DNA from: Amoebophrya sp. A120
Taxonomy: Eukaryota; Protista; Dinoflagellata
Direction: 5' to 3'
DNA: 64,000 nucleotides
Assembly: GCA_905178155.1 (NCBI GenBank)
Contig: CAJINV010000009.1
Location: 1,609,907 to 1,673,906, forward strand
In this document: positions 60,672 to 64,000 of the stretch, piece by piece
Position numbering within the stretch: the stretch's first letter is position 1
Layout of the letters: each line of letters starts with the position of its first letter
Program-made: the position numbers and the translations under genes
Notes under the pieces: model-generated
Told to the model about the DNA's origin: nothing
The model's database searches: none
Seen by the model: the letters and a program-made list of their open reading frames with translations, nothing else

Positions 60672-63440
60672 TATTTGTCGTAGATTCGATTCGAGATCTT
60701 TCTTTCTTTCTTGTCATGTCTGGGCATGATTCAAAGTGTCGTTCTGGCCCGGTCCGAATTTGTCTGATTGTCGTCGATCTCATCATCATGTAGTTCTCTC
60801 GATTGGTGAAGATAAAGATAAAGATGGAGAAATGAAGTAGAGAAATGATATTTGAAGAGTAAAAAAATGTCAAGTTCTAGTTCAAGAGTCAAAAGTTAAT
60901 TCTTTCTTTCGATAAGGTAATTGTAAATCGATAATTTGTTTATTTTCTATTCTTATTCTCAATCTGAAAAAAGAGAAAAAAATAGTAAATCCGCTTTGAG
61001 ATTTCTATTTTCATAAAAATCCAACATCTCTGTTTTTCTTTTTTGTTTTTCTATCTTTCCAGTTTCAGCATGTCATCGATTTTCGGATTAGTATCCTCAT
61101 GTTCTCGGATTCCTCGGATCGTCGGTCTCGTTCTCGTTTTCGGATCGGCATCGACAAGCTCTCGGATTCCATATTTCGGAATCATCATCATCATCATCTT
61201 TTTCGGATTCATTCCATGCACCGGAGTGTCTTCTTGTTTCCCAATCGGCTTGTCGTCCGTTCTCCCCAGTCGTTCGGAGTGGGGTGTGGTTCTGTTTAGT
61301 ATAGGGGCGAAAGGACGACGGGCAGGCTTGATGATGAGATGGATGATCATGATGAATAATTCTAATATCCTTATCTTTTTCCCAGTGGGAGACGACATAT
61401 GTAGCAGCATCGTAATAGAAAAATACCGGGTCGGACGCCCCCGCCACCAATCCGGGCCTCAATGGGATCGGCCCCCAGTGTCATCAAAAGCAAAAAAATC
61501 ATGATCCCCGCAAAAAAATTAAAAAAAAGTGGTGGCGCCCTGTTTTTCCTGCGCCCGGGGTAGTCTGGGGCGTTTTCTTCGTTCGCCTCTTGGCCCGAAG
61601 GGTGGGTCCCGGAGGTCGGCGGCTTCCTTGGGAGTTCTCCGGTCGTTGGTGTTTGGTTTTTTTTATGCGACAAAAAATCTCAAAAATCCGGCGCCTGAAA
61701 AAACCAATGGGATTTTGCCTATATGAGAAAAAGAGCCTCGAATAAATCTTGAGACAAAAAATTTCGGGCAGTTTTCTCTTGGTTCAAATTCCCATTGGTT
61801 TTAACAGGGCCGGTTTTTATGCGACAAAAAATCCGGCTTCGGTATACCATGGGGGTGTCGACCCCCTGTCGACCCCCTGTCGCAAAATTAATTTTATTTT
61901 GCCCGTTTCTCATGTTTTGCTTGTGATTTTGGGTGGTCTGGTGTTTTTGTGCCTCGGGGTCGGCGTCCCCAAGTAAGACACCCAATTTTTATTTTTTGTC
62001 GCATCGGTGTCGCAAAATTAATTGTTTTTTGTCGCAAAATTAATTCCCGACTCTTTTTTCTTTATGGGGGTGGCAGGATATTTAGGTCGGGTCCACCCCG
62101 CAGCAGTGTGTGGACCGCAGGGCACACACCCCCACAGGGCTCATTGGTGTGGAGTTCTAGCGGGGCGTGGCAGGCCATCCCATCTTTCTGGTGTTTGCGA
62201 ATTCGTGTCCTGATTTCCTGACCACATTGAAAGGGATGTTTGGGTGTGGGGCTTCCCTTGTTCCTTTCGCTTCCAGCTTTCCCTGCCTTGTTGGGTGTTT
62301 CAACTCTTTTTCAAAAAATTTTTTTTGGAAAAAGAGCATGGGAGTTATGATTTTTTTTTCCGCCGAGTCCATTGGGGCCCGATCCCGTTGACGGGCCGAC
62401 CGGGGGTGTGGTGGTATGTGCGCGGGGTGGTTGGGGGACGTCCAGGCGCTGCGTTATTGTTAGTGTTGATGGTCGTCTTCCGGTGTTCCGGCCCAGCATT
62501 GGGTCCGTGGTGTGGGTGGCCAGCAGGTTCGGGTCGTCCCTCGTTGTCATCGGTGTGCCGGATGTGCTTGCAGCTGGTCAGTGGCTTCTCCCGGAGCCGT
62601 GTGGTGGTCGCCACCGGTCGTCGGTTCTGTTTAGACATACAGGAGGGGCAAGGGGGAGAAGAAGAGCGAGGCGTTGTTGGTTCAATTTCAGACCTTGAGA
62701 CTCTACCAGCAAAAGCAACACAGAGCAGCAACGTGGTAGAATTATACCGTGCCGGACGCCCCCACCCCCCTCTTCGGTCTAGTGTGTGGTCGTTGCCTGG
62801 GGTTGGTGGGGGACGTCCCGGCGCTGTGTTTTTTCTAGCGCAAAGGACTGAGCTGTTGTTGGTCTTGTTGGTGTCCCGGTGCTCTTCCCCTGGGTGTCCC
62901 CACGCGCCTTTGTATGTGGCCGCGGGAATGTGCGCCGGTTTGCCGATCGAAGTCGTAGCACATGGCGCGGGTGGGCAACAATTCCATCAGTGGTTCGTCT
63001 ATCGGACGGCACCGACATGAGGAGGGTGGGCGCCTCCGTCGCAGGATCCCCACCGACTCCGGGTGGGGGGTATTGCGTTGGGGCATTGCACTTACCACGG
63101 TATGGTGGGCCTCGCCCCATTGTGTCCCGGCGTCGACTGCGCTCCACCCGCGTGTTTCACATCCCCAATCGGCATCATACCGTTGTAAGAGCACCCCCAC
63201 CCCTGTGATACTCCCGGACCATCTCCGGCTCGTCTTCCTCGAGCTGCAACTTCCGCCCTGGTTCGCCCTCGTTGGTACCCGGCGCCGACACCTCCCAACA
63301 ACGTCGGCGTTCTTCGGACGGCCACAATAGACACGAGTCGTCCCAAGGGACTGCACGGCTGTATTCGAGATGTATTTGTCATAAGATTCGATTCGAGATG
63401 ATTTTTGTTTCTTTCTGGTCATGTCTGGGTAGGACTCAAA
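60672..63440. repeat. Imperfect ~65-bp direct repeat, 2.7 kb apart
   Basis: TATTTGTC..AGATTCGATTCGAGAT..TTTCTTTCT.GTCATGTCTGGG...TCAAA at 60672-60735 and 63373-63440. Confidence 0.7.
61655..62045. repeat. Cluster of direct and inverted TGCGACA/TGTCGCA motifs
   Basis: TTTTATGCGACAAAAAATC occurs twice (~61661, ~61815). TGTCGCAAAATTAATT occurs three times (~61878, ~62008, ~62030). There is also a tandem TGTCGACCCCC at ~61856-61877. Confidence 0.75.
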
Positions 63441-63643
63441 TTTGTCATAGGATCGGATCGATATTCATATTATATTATCTTTTTCGTTTTCATCTTCAAG
63501 GTCAAATTCTTTTCTCACAAAATCTCAAATACAAATATTATCATCTCCGAATCTGGGTATGAATGTTTTTTACAAGAAAAAAAAATAAAAATGAAATTAT
63601 CCATCGAGAAAATTAATATGAAATTCTCCTTTATCGGAATTGA

Positions 63644-63733
63644 TTCTTCTTGAGGAATTTCTTCTTGAGGAATTTCTTCTTGAGGAATTTCTTCTTGAGG
63701 AATTTCTTCTTGAGGAATTTCTTCTTGAGGAAT
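63644..63733. repeat. Perfect 15-bp tandem repeat x6 (TTCTTCTTGAGGAAT)
   Basis: Six contiguous identical units read directly from the sequence. Confidence 0.95.
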
Positions 63734-64000
63734 TCAAGATTTTCTTTCTTTCATCATCATCACCGAAATACATTGGAGGAGGAATATGTTATGGATTATA
63801 TCCTGAATCCAATCTTTCAAATCGATTCTGATGGGGGGAGAATATGCAAAATTGCAATCTTTTAAATTGTATCTGATTCCGATCCTGAAATTCTCGATGA
63901 TGATTGATCATCTATCATTGATATTATTTCAAGAAAAATATCTCCTCGGATTATTATGAATGAATCGAGAAAAAAACAGAAATTCCAGGACCAAAATCCT

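Noticed and set aside
63644-63733. CRISPR-like array or LLEEF-repeat protein
   Set aside because: The units are contiguous with no spacers, the context is eukaryotic, and the ORF is a by-product of a 15-bp minisatellite.
60200-64000. rRNA, tRNA or telomeric repeats in the terminal block
   Set aside because: I could not recognise any conserved rRNA signature, tRNA cloverleaf or TTTAGGG array.

Overview
This window is eukaryotic nuclear DNA from a dinoflagellate-lineage organism, most likely the syndinian parasite Amoebophrya or a close relative. That call rests on a DVNP gene, gene-dense unidirectional organisation, a spliced-leader-like motif and non-canonical introns. About 14 mostly intron-containing genes lie head-to-tail on the + strand from 161 to 58799. 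They include a GT2 glycosyltransferase, an ankyrin/TPR protein, a very large secretory protein ending in a GT32 domain, a PrsW-family protease, an EF-hand-like/WD40 protein, two secreted or surface Pro/Ala-rich proteins, a multi-pass membrane protein, DVNP and several orphans. The most striking structure is a set of 7 clear (plus 2 degenerate) 150-310 bp MITE-like insertions inside coding exons. The clear ones have TAT(C)...(G)ATA terminal inverted repeats, perfect 5-bp target duplications and a shared internal GCAT(G/C/T)AC motif. None has GT-AG ends, yet removing the element plus exactly one duplication restores the reading frame in all seven, so they behave as transposon-derived non-canonical introns (introners). 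Other notable items are a 943-nt intervening sequence bounded by a 37-bp exon duplication and containing a foldback element, and a gene with two 5-bp duplications that resemble excision footprints. From about 60200 to the end the sequence is compositionally different, repeat-rich and has no recognisable genes. All gene models were assembled by hand from ORF phase and splice signals, and domain calls come from motif recognition, not database searches.
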